From positions 1,698-65,697 of the forward strand of contig JAURPG010000052.1 in NCBI GenBank assembly GCA_030835405.1: a stretch of 64,000 nucleotides of DNA, in the 5' to 3' direction. The notes beneath the pieces were generated by a model. It searched no databases. It saw nothing but the letters and a program-made list of their open reading frames with translations, and was not told the origin of the DNA. Source of the stretch: Gammaproteobacteria bacterium (GTDB lineage: Bacteria > Pseudomonadota > Gammaproteobacteria > Eutrophobiales > Eutrophobiaceae). Positions 45,395-54,050 of the stretch are shown here, in pieces. Within the stretch, counting starts at the first letter, position 1, and every line of letters begins with the position of its first letter. The position numbers were made by a program, and so were the translations under genes.

Positions 45395-47134
45395 TTACGG
45401 TACCAGGCCCACCTTGCCGCTGGTATGGGCAAATCCATCGCCGGTCATAATGGCAACATATTGCATGCCATCTACTGCATAGGTGATGGTGCTATTCTGG
45501 ATAATTCCACCAACCACACCTTCCCATAAAACATCACCATTGTCAGCATCCAGTGCGCGGAAGCGCCGGTCCATGTCGCCCCAGAACACCAGGTCACCGG
45601 CAGTCACCAGGACGGCCCCATTACTGGGGGCACGTTGGGTATAGATATAATCAGTATGACCGGTTTCCATGTTGACCTTTGCCAGACCCACCCAGTCATC
45701 AGAATTTGCGCCGTTGCGAATAAATGCCTCACGGATATGTCCGTTGCCTGTCCTGAGGGCACCGGTGCGTTTATCACAGGCATCGTGGTATGGGATATAG
45801 AGTGAATTATTAGTGGGGTTATAGGCCATGGCATAGTAACCCTTGATGTTGGAGAAACAGATCATGTCATGGACCTGTCCGTCATGGGTCAGGACGGTGT
45901 CTCGACTGATAATGGTCTTGCCAGTTTCTGCTTCAATATCGGCAATGTGAAATTCGGGCACATTGAAGGGGAAGGGAGTCGCCCAGAGAAATTCTCCATC
46001 TTCTGCATCCAGTACCCATAGGCCGCCGCCTTCACCAACCCCGGCGAGCATCTCCCGACGCTCTCCTTTCTGGATATTGGGGTTGACCCAGCGTACAGCA
46101 TCAGGGTCTGGATTAAATACCGAGGTGAAGAGGATCCGTTCGTGAATCCAGTCAGCATCCCAGTCATCCCCGGGCACATGTTGGTAATACAAGGCCAGAC
46201 GGCCGGTATCCACATCCAGTGCCAGGGTGGAATTACAATAGAGTTCAGCCGGGGCAGTGAGTGGGACTGTAAACGGATTGCCATCATGCCTTTTATAGCG
46301 GGTGTGTGGGTTGGAATTGGCAACGCCCCAGTAGACAAGATTTAATCTTGGATTATATCCTCCTGGCAGGCCCCAGGGGGCACAGCCGCGGGTACCATCA
46401 TCCTTGCCTCCCCAGGTATCGCCACCGGGTTCATCCGATCCTGCCGGGACATTAAAGCGCCATGATTGCTCGCCAGTCATGGCATCGTAACCGGCGATAA
46501 AACATTCTTCCCGTAATCCGGGACCAGTATCACAGTTCCTGGCGATGACGATCTTGTCACCGGCTACCAGTGGTCCGGTGGTATGTTCAGTCCCCTTGGT
46601 ATAGTCATGTTCTTTGACTTCCCAGTGGAGTTCACCGTTACTTGTTCCCAGTGCCACCAGGTAGCCGTCCGGGCTGCCATAGAAAATCTTGTCACCGAAG
46701 ATACTCAAGACCCTGGCGGTTGCAATACTCACGTAATCTGCAATGTCTTCAGGTAACTGGCGTTCATATTGCCAGATCAGGTTGCCATTGGTGGCATCTA
46801 AGGCCTGGATAATACTGACATCACCGGTATCACCGGGATGGGCTACAAACACCACGCCATCGTGTACCAGCGGGATGTTTTCCTGGGTCCCGGCAGTGAT
46901 ACCTCGCGACCAGACCATCTGCAGTCCGTTAACATTTTGTTTATTGATTTGATCCAGTGGACTGAACCGCTGGTTATCTGCAGTACGGCTGAACATCAAC
47001 CAGTCTTCCGGCGGAGGGTTTAACAGCATTTCCTCCGTGACCAGATCATCGCTTGCTCGCTGGGCTACGGCCATGCCAGTGAAAATGACGGGTAAGATCA
47101 TTAATAAGCCAGACAGGATTTTGATGTTTACCAT
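45395..47134 (-). CDS. PQQ-dependent dehydrogenase (alcohol-dehydrogenase-like beta-propeller), secreted
   Basis: Signal peptide ending GMAVAQ. FSRTADNQRFSPLDQINKQNVNGLQMVWS and repeated propeller W-motifs are present. There is no CxxCH heme motif. I found no adjacent Cys-Cys pair. Confidence 0.75.
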   Translation of the reverse strand: MVNIKILSGLLMILPVIFTGMAVAQRASDDLVTEEMLLNPPPEDWLMFSRTADNQRFSPLDQINKQNVNGLQMVWSRGITAGTQENIPLVHDGVVFVAHPGDTGDVSIIQALDATNGNLIWQYERQLPEDIADYVSIATARVLSIFGDKIFYGSPDGYLVALGTSNGELHWEVKEHDYTKGTEHTTGPLVAGDKIVIARNCDTGPGLREECFIAGYDAMTGEQSWRFNVPAGSDEPGGDTWGGKDDGTRGCAPWGLPGGYNPRLNLVYWGVANSNPHTRYKRHDGNPFTVPLTAPAELYCNSTLALDVDTGRLALYYQHVPGDDWDADWIHERILFTSVFNPDPDAVRWVNPNIQKGERREMLAGVGEGGGLWVLDAEDGEFLWATPFPFNVPEFHIADIEAETGKTIISRDTVLTHDGQVHDMICFSNIKGYYAMAYNPTNNSLYIPYHDACDKRTGALRTGNGHIREAFIRNGANSDDWVGLAKVNMETGHTDYIYTQRAPSNGAVLVTAGDLVFWGDMDRRFRALDADNGDVLWEGVVGGIIQNSTITYAVDGMQYVAIMTGDGFAHTSGKVGLVP

Positions 47135-47210
47135 GATTTCCCCTCCGGATAACCTGGTGTGTAGTTTATTTTATCTATAAATATAGCAAATTTAATATCA
47201 GGAATATTGG

Positions 47211-47987
47211 TTAAGTTTTCCGAATCCGGTGATAGGCATTTCCTGAGCGACGTTGCCACCCATAATAGGGATGACGTTCAAGTAATTCGGGTTTACGAAA
47301 CAGAAATATCAGGACAATACCAGCTACAAAACCACCTACATGCGCCCAGAAGGCCACGCCACCACCGCTGGTGCCTATGGAACTAAATCCTCCGAGTAGT
47401 TGTACGAGAAACCAGTATCCCAGCATCCATACCGCCGGGACGGCGATAGTGGTGACAATAAAACCCAGGAATATCAGCATGTGTACGGTAACCCTTGGGT
47501 AAAGGAGGATATAGGCACCCATCACCCCACCGATGGCGCCGGAGGCACCTACCATGGGGACGATGGAAGATGGGCTACTGGCGATCTGTAACCCGGCAGC
47601 GGCGAGTCCACATAAAAGATAGAAGATAAAGAACCGAACATGCCCCATGGAATCTTCAACGTTATTACCAAAAATCCACAGGAACCACATATTACCGATG
47701 ATATGCATCCAGTTGCCATGCAAGAACATGTGGCTGAACACCGTGATCCAGGCCGGTTGCTCCGACACCACGCAGTACAGATCAGGCCCCACGGGTATGG
47801 CGTCTCCGGCGGGGGCCAGTTGTAATAATTCACCCGGTAAAAGACCCAACAAGCATATTGACCTAGCCATGGCCGGGTCTGCCCCCAGTCCCTGCACCAG
47901 TATCCAGGCCAGTACATTCAGACCCACAAGGGTCCAGGTGGCGTAAGGAGTCAGAAAATTCGGGTTGTCGTCACGAATGGGGAACAT
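47211..47987 (-). CDS. Rhomboid-family intramembrane serine protease
   Basis: HMFLHGNWMHIIGNMWFLWIFG and the GASGAIGGVMGAY (GxSG) motif are present, with a downstream AHVGG histidine. Confidence 0.85.
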   Translation of the reverse strand: MFPIRDDNPNFLTPYATWTLVGLNVLAWILVQGLGADPAMARSICLLGLLPGELLQLAPAGDAIPVGPDLYCVVSEQPAWITVFSHMFLHGNWMHIIGNMWFLWIFGNNVEDSMGHVRFFIFYLLCGLAAAGLQIASSPSSIVPMVGASGAIGGVMGAYILLYPRVTVHMLIFLGFIVTTIAVPAVWMLGYWFLVQLLGGFSSIGTSGGGVAFWAHVGGFVAGIVLIFLFRKPELLERHPYYGWQRRSGNAYHRIRKT

Positions 47988-48066
47988 GTATAGCGATTTT
48001 TATAAATTACCTGTTTTCGTTATCATTCACCAAATACCAGGCTGATGCAAACAGGTGAATAAAGCT

Positions 48067-48453
48067 ATGATATATCACGGTCAATGTCACTGTGGTGCCA
48101 TTCAATTCGAAGTGGAGGCACCGGAAAAACTGAAGTGCGTTCAATGTAACTGTTCCATTTGCACCAGGTCATGATACTTGCATCTTATTGTCCCCGGTTC
48201 TAAATTCAGGTTAACGTCAGGGGAAGATTCAATTTCTACCTATTCCTATGGTAGTGGCATTGCAAAACACCATTTCTGCAAGACCTGTGGAATCAAACCG
48301 TTTTATGTGCCCCGCTCAAATCCCGATGGGGTAGATGTGAACCTTAACTGCCTTGAGCCGCCGCCGGTAAATATTGAGATTGAACCCTTTGATGGTCAGA
48401 ACTGGGAGCAGCATGCCCATACCCTGACTCATCTGAGCAAGGAGGACATATGA
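48067..48453 (+). pseudogene. GFA (glutathione-dependent formaldehyde-activating / CENP-V-like) family gene interrupted by an in-frame TGA
   Basis: The ATG at 48067 gives MIYHGQCHCGAIQFEV...CNCSICTRS, then TGA at 48172-48174. The same frame continues YLHLIVPGSKF...HHFCKTCGIKPFY. The stop aligns with the conserved Gly of the neighbouring paralog (CDCTICKKRGAL). Confidence 0.65.
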
Positions 48454-48800
48454 AGCAAACCTATGCCGGTTCCTGCCATTGTGGATTTATCAAGTTTGAA
48501 GTAGACATGGATCTTGATCACGTTCGTGTTTGTGACTGTACTATCTGTAAAAAACGTGGCGCATTAAACCACCGTGTAGAGGAAGCCGATATCCGTATCT
48601 TCACTCCGTTGGAAAACATGATCCAATATAAGTGGCATACTCAAACAGCAACTGATTATATCTGTCCTACCTGCGGTATCCTGCCATTTCGCCATCCACG
48701 CGACAGGCCCGATATCTGGACAGTCAATGTCAGGTGTCTGGACAGAATTGATCTTGATACTATTCGTGTCAAAAAAATATATGGAAGTAAATTAGATTGA
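48450..48800 (+). CDS. GFA family zinc-binding protein
   Basis: Cysteine motifs CHCG...CDCTIC...CPTCG are present. The start ATG overlaps the previous stop (ATGA at 48450-48453). Confidence 0.75.
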   Translation: MKQTYAGSCHCGFIKFEVDMDLDHVRVCDCTICKKRGALNHRVEEADIRIFTPLENMIQYKWHTQTATDYICPTCGILPFRHPRDRPDIWTVNVRCLDRIDLDTIRVKKIYGSKLD

Positions 48801-48821
48801 GCATGTATTAATACCTGGAAG

Positions 48822-49316
48822 ATGATATATATGCGTAGAGTTTTTTATGATGCCCCTTGTCAGGACAACGATTATTTGTCCAGACATATTCAATTATTAA
48901 TCTTCAGTTATAAAAAAACTACAGGACAGGAAATGATCAACCCATCATTATCTGAAGAACAGGCTGCAGAGGAGGTTTTTTATTTTCCCTCAGTGGTTCT
49001 CTCCCATGATACCCAGTCAGATCCGGTATTAACCTACATCAACCAGACAGGACTTGAGTTGTTTGAACTGGACTGGGAGACGATTCTGACTATGCCTTCC
49101 CGGTTAACCGCTGAGCCCATGGAACGGGGAGAACGGCAAAGGTTATTGGATAAAGTCAGTAAAAATGGTTTTATAGATGATTACTCGGGGGTGAGGGTGT
49201 CCACTACTGGCAGGCGATTTAAGATTGAGAAGGTCACTGTCTGGAACTTGATGAATGAAGCTGGTGATTATCAAGGACAGGCGGCGATGTTTAGTCATTG
49301 GAGTTTTTTGGAATAG
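48822..49316 (+). CDS. MEKHLA domain protein
   Basis: The pattern VVLSHDTQSDPVLTYINQTGLELFELDWETILTMPSRLTAEP..RGERQRLLDKVSKNGFIDDYSGVRVSTTGRRFKIEKVTVWNL matches my recollection of bacterial MEKHLA (PAS-like) domains. Confidence 0.65.
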   Translation: MIYMRRVFYDAPCQDNDYLSRHIQLLIFSYKKTTGQEMINPSLSEEQAAEEVFYFPSVVLSHDTQSDPVLTYINQTGLELFELDWETILTMPSRLTAEPMERGERQRLLDKVSKNGFIDDYSGVRVSTTGRRFKIEKVTVWNLMNEAGDYQGQAAMFSHWSFLE

Positions 49317-49350
49317 TTGGAGCTGCTTTAAATTATATAAGCAGTATGAA

Positions 49351-49394
49351 TTCATCCTGTTCATCCTTAAGAATCCTGTAAATCTTGTCTATTA
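49351..49394 (+). repeat. Short intergenic repeat, family A copy 1 (degenerate tandem 9-mers AATCCTGTN)
   Basis: TTCATCCTGTTCATCCTTAAGAATCCTGTAAATCTTGTCTATTA. It is related to the copies at 52820-52848 (inverted) and 53964-54009. Confidence 0.6.
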
Positions 49395-49401
49395 CAATAT
49401 C

Positions 49402-49428
49402 GGATTCTGGCTTTCGCCAGAATGACGG
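49402..49428. repeat. REP-like palindromic element, family B copy 1
   Basis: GGATTCTGGC-TTTC-GCCAGAATGACGG. It shares the same GGATTC...GAATGACGG frame as 53862-53936. Confidence 0.55.
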
Positions 49429-49436
49429 CTTGCTAT

Positions 49437-50171
49437 TTATAGCTTCCAGTAACGGATAGTGGGCATTTCTTTGCCCGCCACTGCCAGGCAGGCCTTATAG
49501 TCCGGCCAGGTTTCAATGTTCAATAGTGACCAACGGGGCTGGCAGCCGTCCTCCCAGCGGTTGTCCAGCAATTCTGCCGGCTGGTCCGGATCCACAGAGA
49601 CATCAAACTTGTTCAGTCCATAAGCAATGCCTGTGCCGGTGGCCTTGACCAGTGCTTCCTTACGGGTCCAGGTAGAAAAAAAAGCCTCCAGTCTGGATGT
49701 TTCATCAAAACCCATGATCTGTTGATGTTCTAATTCAGAGAAAAATCGTTTGGAGAGCTTTTCATATTCAATATCTTTGCGGACCATCTCCACATCAATA
49801 CCAATAATGTTTTTTATGGAGACAGCAATGATTGCAAGGTCATGGGAATGGCTCACATTAAAGGTGATATCTGTATGTGACCAGTTCAAATCCAGTAATG
49901 GCATGCCGCTGGAGGTATAGGCAAACCCCAATTGCCTGGGGTCTTCGTTGAGTACATAACCGATGATGTTTCTAAGGGAACTTCGGGTGATCATAAATTC
50001 TCTGGATTTTTTCCCCGACAAGTAGCGGGAAGCACGGGTCTTTTCCTCTACCGATAGATATCTTTGGTGATTGAAGATGTCGTTTTCTTCTTCGGCAAGA
50101 TTGATCAACCAGATGTCTATAAAGTCTTCTGAAAACTCAAGTTCAGGACTAGTCTTTTCCCAGGTGGTCAT
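49437..50171 (-). CDS. Sfp-type 4'-phosphopantetheinyl transferase (PfaE-like)
   Basis: FNVSHSH, GIDVE and WTRKEALVKATG motifs are present. The start overlaps the oleD stop by 4 nt. Confidence 0.85.
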   Translation of the reverse strand: MTTWEKTSPELEFSEDFIDIWLINLAEEENDIFNHQRYLSVEEKTRASRYLSGKKSREFMITRSSLRNIIGYVLNEDPRQLGFAYTSSGMPLLDLNWSHTDITFNVSHSHDLAIIAVSIKNIIGIDVEMVRKDIEYEKLSKRFFSELEHQQIMGFDETSRLEAFFSTWTRKEALVKATGTGIAYGLNKFDVSVDPDQPAELLDNRWEDGCQPRWSLLNIETWPDYKACLAVAGKEMPTIRYWKL

Positions 50172-51160
50172 CTGGACTCCTTGTAAGCCTGGCTGAGTAG
50201 TTGCATGCCTTCATGGATACTGATTGTTGGTTTATATCCCAGGTCACGCCTGGTATTGTTCAGATTATACCAGTGGGCGCTGCTTAACTGCTTTGCAATA
50301 AAACGGGTCATCATGGGTTCGCTTTTAATGTTCAGTAATTTATAGATCCATTCTGATAAGGTCCCAATGGTATATAACATTGAGGCAGGCACAGTGCTGG
50401 TGATTTCCGGCATATCATGGGCCTTGAGAATGCCATTGATAATATCAGACATAACCCTGGGTTCACCATTGGTAATAAAGTAAGCCTTGCCAGCACAGGA
50501 TGATCCTATGGCCAGCATTTCATCTGCACAGAGGTGTGCCTGGGCAGCATTGTCAATATACGTAGTATCCACCAGGTTCTGTTTACCCGACACCAGTTTC
50601 AGTTTACCCTTCTTCGCCCTATCCAGTATGCGGCCCACCAGGTGCGGATCACCTGGGCCCCATATGAGATGAGGCCGGAGTGCCACGGTGGCAAGTTCGT
50701 TACTATTGGCGGCCAAAACCATCTGTTCGGCAGTGGACTTGGTACGTTGGTAATGGTTGAAATAGGTCTCGGGATAGGAGATGGATTCATCCACATTTTC
50801 TTCATCACTGCCATTGAAGACTACGCTGGGGGAACTGGTATACACCAGTTTTTTTATCCCGTTTGTCTTGCAGGCATTGATGACACATTCAGTCCCGGTG
50901 ACATTGATATGGTAATAATCCTGGTAGTTTCCCCATACCCCGGTGAGTCCTGCAACGTGATAGATTACATTGCAACCTTCACTGGCTTTGTTGACGGTGG
51001 ATTGATCGGTCATATCTCCCTGTATCGCTGTGATGCCAGGACGATCCAGTGCAGGATAAACCCCTCGTTGTAGAGATACTACCTCATTACCCCGTGCCAC
51101 CAGTGCCTTGACGATGGCGCCACCGAGAAAACCTCCACCGCCGGTGACCATTACCTTCAT
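50168..51160 (-). CDS. oleD: OleD: NAD(P)H-dependent 2-alkyl-3-ketoalkanoate reductase (3-beta-HSD/epimerase family)
   Basis: MKVMVTGGGGFLG, LVYTSSPSV, YQRTK, LATVALRPHLIWGPGD, VDTTYIDNAAQAH and AGKAYFITNGEP are collinear with my recollection of Xanthomonas OleD. Confidence 0.85.
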   Translation of the reverse strand: MKVMVTGGGGFLGGAIVKALVARGNEVVSLQRGVYPALDRPGITAIQGDMTDQSTVNKASEGCNVIYHVAGLTGVWGNYQDYYHINVTGTECVINACKTNGIKKLVYTSSPSVVFNGSDEENVDESISYPETYFNHYQRTKSTAEQMVLAANSNELATVALRPHLIWGPGDPHLVGRILDRAKKGKLKLVSGKQNLVDTTYIDNAAQAHLCADEMLAIGSSCAGKAYFITNGEPRVMSDIINGILKAHDMPEITSTVPASMLYTIGTLSEWIYKLLNIKSEPMMTRFIAKQLSSAHWYNLNNTRRDLGYKPTISIHEGMQLLSQAYKESR

Positions 51161-52806
51161 GGTATTCTTCTCTGTGCCCAGGCCGCAAGTTTATGTCGGT
51201 CGATCTTGGCATTGTGGCGGATATCTACCGGGAAAGAAGGGTGAAAAAAGAAATCTTTTATCACCTTGGTATGTTCAAATTCATTACCTATTTCCATCAG
51301 TTCCTTGATAAGTAGCTTTTTATTATCGCCATAATAATCATCTTCAAGTTCAACACAAATGGCAGGGACAGTCTCCCCATTTTTTTTAACCCCGATTAGG
51401 GCCGTGCGAAAGACCTTATGATGAACATTGAAAACCCCTTCACAACAGATGCTGTAATACACCTGTTTTTTATGAACAACACAATGTGCCTTACGACCGC
51501 AAAACCATAACCGGCCTTTATCATCCAGGTAACCGGTGTCCCCCATGCGATGCAGGATGTTTCCTTTATCATCATAGATCTTGGCGAGGCTAGTCTCCGT
51601 TGACCGATTGTAATAGCGACTTGTTACCTGTGGTCCCTGGACCACGATTTCACCCGGAACGAAAGGTTTTAATGTACTGGCCGGTTCCCAATTGGGGATG
51701 GCTTCGTTACTTAATGGGATGATGTGGACTGTGATACTACTCACTGGTTTGCCGACACAGATCCCTTTACCTGCATCGGTGTCCTTACGTGTTTCTGTCA
51801 ATATCTCACGGCTGCCGATAGAGGCCACTGGCAGGCATTCTGTTGCACCATATGGTGTAAAAACCTGGACATTTTCCGCTAATAATCTCTCATACCTGGC
51901 GAGGACCCTGGGTGAGACCGGTGCCCCGGCACTGAGGACGCGCTTTAATGTTGGCAGAGTAATATTATGTTTATCACCGTATCTTCCGGCCCGGTCAATC
52001 AGGGCAGGAGAGCCAAACATGGTAGTGGCCTGGTATTGATTGATGGCAGTGAAAAGTTTTTTTGGAGAAGCCTTGCCTGGCTGGGTGAAATTCATATCTG
52101 GAATGATAGATGTCATTCCCATGGCCGGTGCATACAGGGCAAACAAAGGGAAAGTGGCGAGATCCACTTCACCAGGGCTGATATTAAACTCACTTTTCAG
52201 TGCGTCCACCTGGGCCAGGAAATTTGCGTGGCTGTAAACCACACCTTTGGGAATTCCTGTACTGCCACTGGTAAACAAAATGGCTGCCATTTCTTTTTTG
52301 TCGGTGGTAATGGAAGCAGGGTCAAATGGTTGTCCTGCTGTGGCAATAACCGTGTTCAGTGATAATACATCAGAAAAATATTTTGCCAGGGGCGACACCA
52401 TGATACGAATAAAAATTGTTTGTTTTCCCCATTTGAATATCCGCCTGGCGATATCTGCTTTCAGTATGCCAATAAACGCCTGAGGCTCTGATTCTTCCAG
52501 GCATTTTTTCAATCCACGGATTCCCAGTCCTGGATCAATCGCAATCAATACTGCTCCGATTTTAAACAGGGCAAATACAATGCCGAAAAACTCCCAACCA
52601 GGCTGGACCATGAGGGCAACACGGGTACCTTTCTTGATTCCATTCTTGATTAATCCTGCCGCAATACGGTTGCTGTATTCCTCCAACTGCCTATAACTGT
52701 GTTCTGTGAATTTTCCCGATGGTTTTTGAATAGTGATGGCAAGATTATCTGGCTGAGCCTTTGCCATAATCGACAGGTGGGTTGCGATGTTGGTTATTTC
52801 CATCAT
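51157..52806 (-). CDS. oleC: OleC: AMP-dependent synthetase family beta-lactone synthetase
   Basis: NIATHLSIMAKAQPDNLAI, FALFKIGAVLIAIDPG, CLEESEPQAFIGI and the AMP motif ILFTSGSTGIPKGV are present. It overlaps oleD by 4 nt. Confidence 0.85.
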   Translation of the reverse strand: MMEITNIATHLSIMAKAQPDNLAITIQKPSGKFTEHSYRQLEEYSNRIAAGLIKNGIKKGTRVALMVQPGWEFFGIVFALFKIGAVLIAIDPGLGIRGLKKCLEESEPQAFIGILKADIARRIFKWGKQTIFIRIMVSPLAKYFSDVLSLNTVIATAGQPFDPASITTDKKEMAAILFTSGSTGIPKGVVYSHANFLAQVDALKSEFNISPGEVDLATFPLFALYAPAMGMTSIIPDMNFTQPGKASPKKLFTAINQYQATTMFGSPALIDRAGRYGDKHNITLPTLKRVLSAGAPVSPRVLARYERLLAENVQVFTPYGATECLPVASIGSREILTETRKDTDAGKGICVGKPVSSITVHIIPLSNEAIPNWEPASTLKPFVPGEIVVQGPQVTSRYYNRSTETSLAKIYDDKGNILHRMGDTGYLDDKGRLWFCGRKAHCVVHKKQVYYSICCEGVFNVHHKVFRTALIGVKKNGETVPAICVELEDDYYGDNKKLLIKELMEIGNEFEHTKVIKDFFFHPSFPVDIRHNAKIDRHKLAAWAQRRIP

Positions 52807-52819
52807 ACAAAAAATTTAA

Positions 52820-52848
52820 TAGACAGGATTCACAAGATTAACAGGAAT
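52820..52848 (-). repeat. Short intergenic repeat, family A copy 2 (inverted orientation)
   Basis: The reverse complement reads ATTCCTGTTAATCTTGTGAATCCTGTCTA. It lies in the oleB-oleC spacer. Confidence 0.55.
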
Positions 52849-52891
52849 TATATCTTATCTATCCTGTCCATTTTTATATTTTATAAAAAAA

Positions 52892-53776
52892 TTATACTGG
52901 GTTTGATGCCAGGAATTTTCTGGCCAGTGAAATAATTTCATCGGCCGCGTCTTCCAGTACGTAATGCCCGGCGTTTTTAAACCGATGGACTTCGGCATCC
53001 GGATAGAAGGACTGCCATTTTCGAAGAAATGTCTCATCAAAAACAAAATCCTTCATGCCCCAGCAAATAAGTTTGGGAATGGATTGCAACAGGGGTTCGT
53101 CATGATTGATTTTCGATATGTCATCATAGCCCCGGTCTTTGGGACTTAAGGGGATATCCTCAACAAACTTCCTGACCGCAAGGCGATTATGCCAGTTGTT
53201 ATAAGGTGCAAGATAGACCCTGGCCACTTCGGGTGTCATGGGCCTGGTGACACAGTGTTTTACTGCACCTTTACAAAAGGCGTTAAGGCCTTGGACGAGG
53301 ATTGAGTTAATGATCGGCGTATGGCCCAGGCGTATGGAAAATGGCAGGGCTTTATCTTCAGGCAGATGAAATGCTCCGGTATTTAAGACAATCAGGCGTT
53401 TTATCTTTTCAAGGTTCTGGCAGGCATACAGCATCCCTATCATGCCGCCCCAGTCATGGAGCACCAGTGTGATGTTCTCATTGATATCAAGCCGCATCAG
53501 AAGGTCGCTCAAGTCTTTGACCCGTTGTGAAAAATGGAAGTCATAATTATCTTTGAGTGGTTTATCCGACAGGCCCATACCGATATGGTCCGGCACAATA
53601 CATCGATAGTCGTCCTTCAATCCGGTGACCAGCCTGCGGTAATAAAACGACCAGCTGGGGTTGCCATGTAACATGACAACAGGTTCAGCCTGTTTGTCGC
53701 CTTCGTCCAGATAATGGAGCTTGTGTCCATTAACCTCCAGGAAGTGAGAGTTGAAAGGATAGTCAGGAAAATTCAT
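52892..53776 (-). CDS. oleB: OleB: alpha/beta hydrolase (haloalkane-dehalogenase-like) beta-lactone decarboxylase
   Basis: HKLHYLDEG....PVVMLHGNPSWSFYYRRLV, YRCIVPDHIGMGLSDKP and LVLHDWGG are present. Confidence 0.85.
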   Translation of the reverse strand: MNFPDYPFNSHFLEVNGHKLHYLDEGDKQAEPVVMLHGNPSWSFYYRRLVTGLKDDYRCIVPDHIGMGLSDKPLKDNYDFHFSQRVKDLSDLLMRLDINENITLVLHDWGGMIGMLYACQNLEKIKRLIVLNTGAFHLPEDKALPFSIRLGHTPIINSILVQGLNAFCKGAVKHCVTRPMTPEVARVYLAPYNNWHNRLAVRKFVEDIPLSPKDRGYDDISKINHDEPLLQSIPKLICWGMKDFVFDETFLRKWQSFYPDAEVHRFKNAGHYVLEDAADEIISLARKFLASNPV

Positions 53777-53861
53777 TAATTAATCTATCTAAATGACAAC
53801 AGTTAAACATAATTTTAAAGCTAATTTAAGATTAATTTATTTCGATAAGCTTTAAAAAACA

Positions 53862-53936
53862 GGATTCCCGTCTCGGCTTTGGCTCCTGCGTCGCTCTACC
53901 GCCTACATCCATGTAGGCATTCGCGGGAATGACGGG
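53862..53936. repeat. REP-like nested palindromic element, family B copy 2
   Basis: Outer arms are GGATTCCCG...CGCGGGAATGACGGGG. The inner perfect palindrome is GCCTACAT-CC-ATGTAGGC (53901-53918). Confidence 0.55.
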
Positions 53937-53963
53937 GAAGTAGACTGAGGCATAACCTTATTG

Positions 53964-54009
53964 ATTCATCCTGAAAATCTTTTTTAAATCCTGTTAATCC
54001 TGTCTAGAT
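53964..54009 (+). repeat. Short intergenic repeat, family A copy 3
   Basis: GATTCATCCTGAAAATCTTTTTTAAATCCTGTTAATCCTGTCTAGA. It contains the perfect tandem AATCCTGTT-AATCCTGTC. Confidence 0.6.
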
Positions 54010-54050
54010 TTTTTCTAACTAGAATCGTGACCGCGCGGGAGTGATGGGTG

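Noticed and set aside
48172-48174. The TGA in the GFA gene read as selenocysteine or as a glycine codon (genetic code 25).
   Set aside because: TGA clearly terminates other well-supported genes here, for example at 2836-2838 and 16010-16012. I see no convincing stem-loop immediately downstream that would serve as a bacterial SECIS. The aligned residue is Gly, not Cys.
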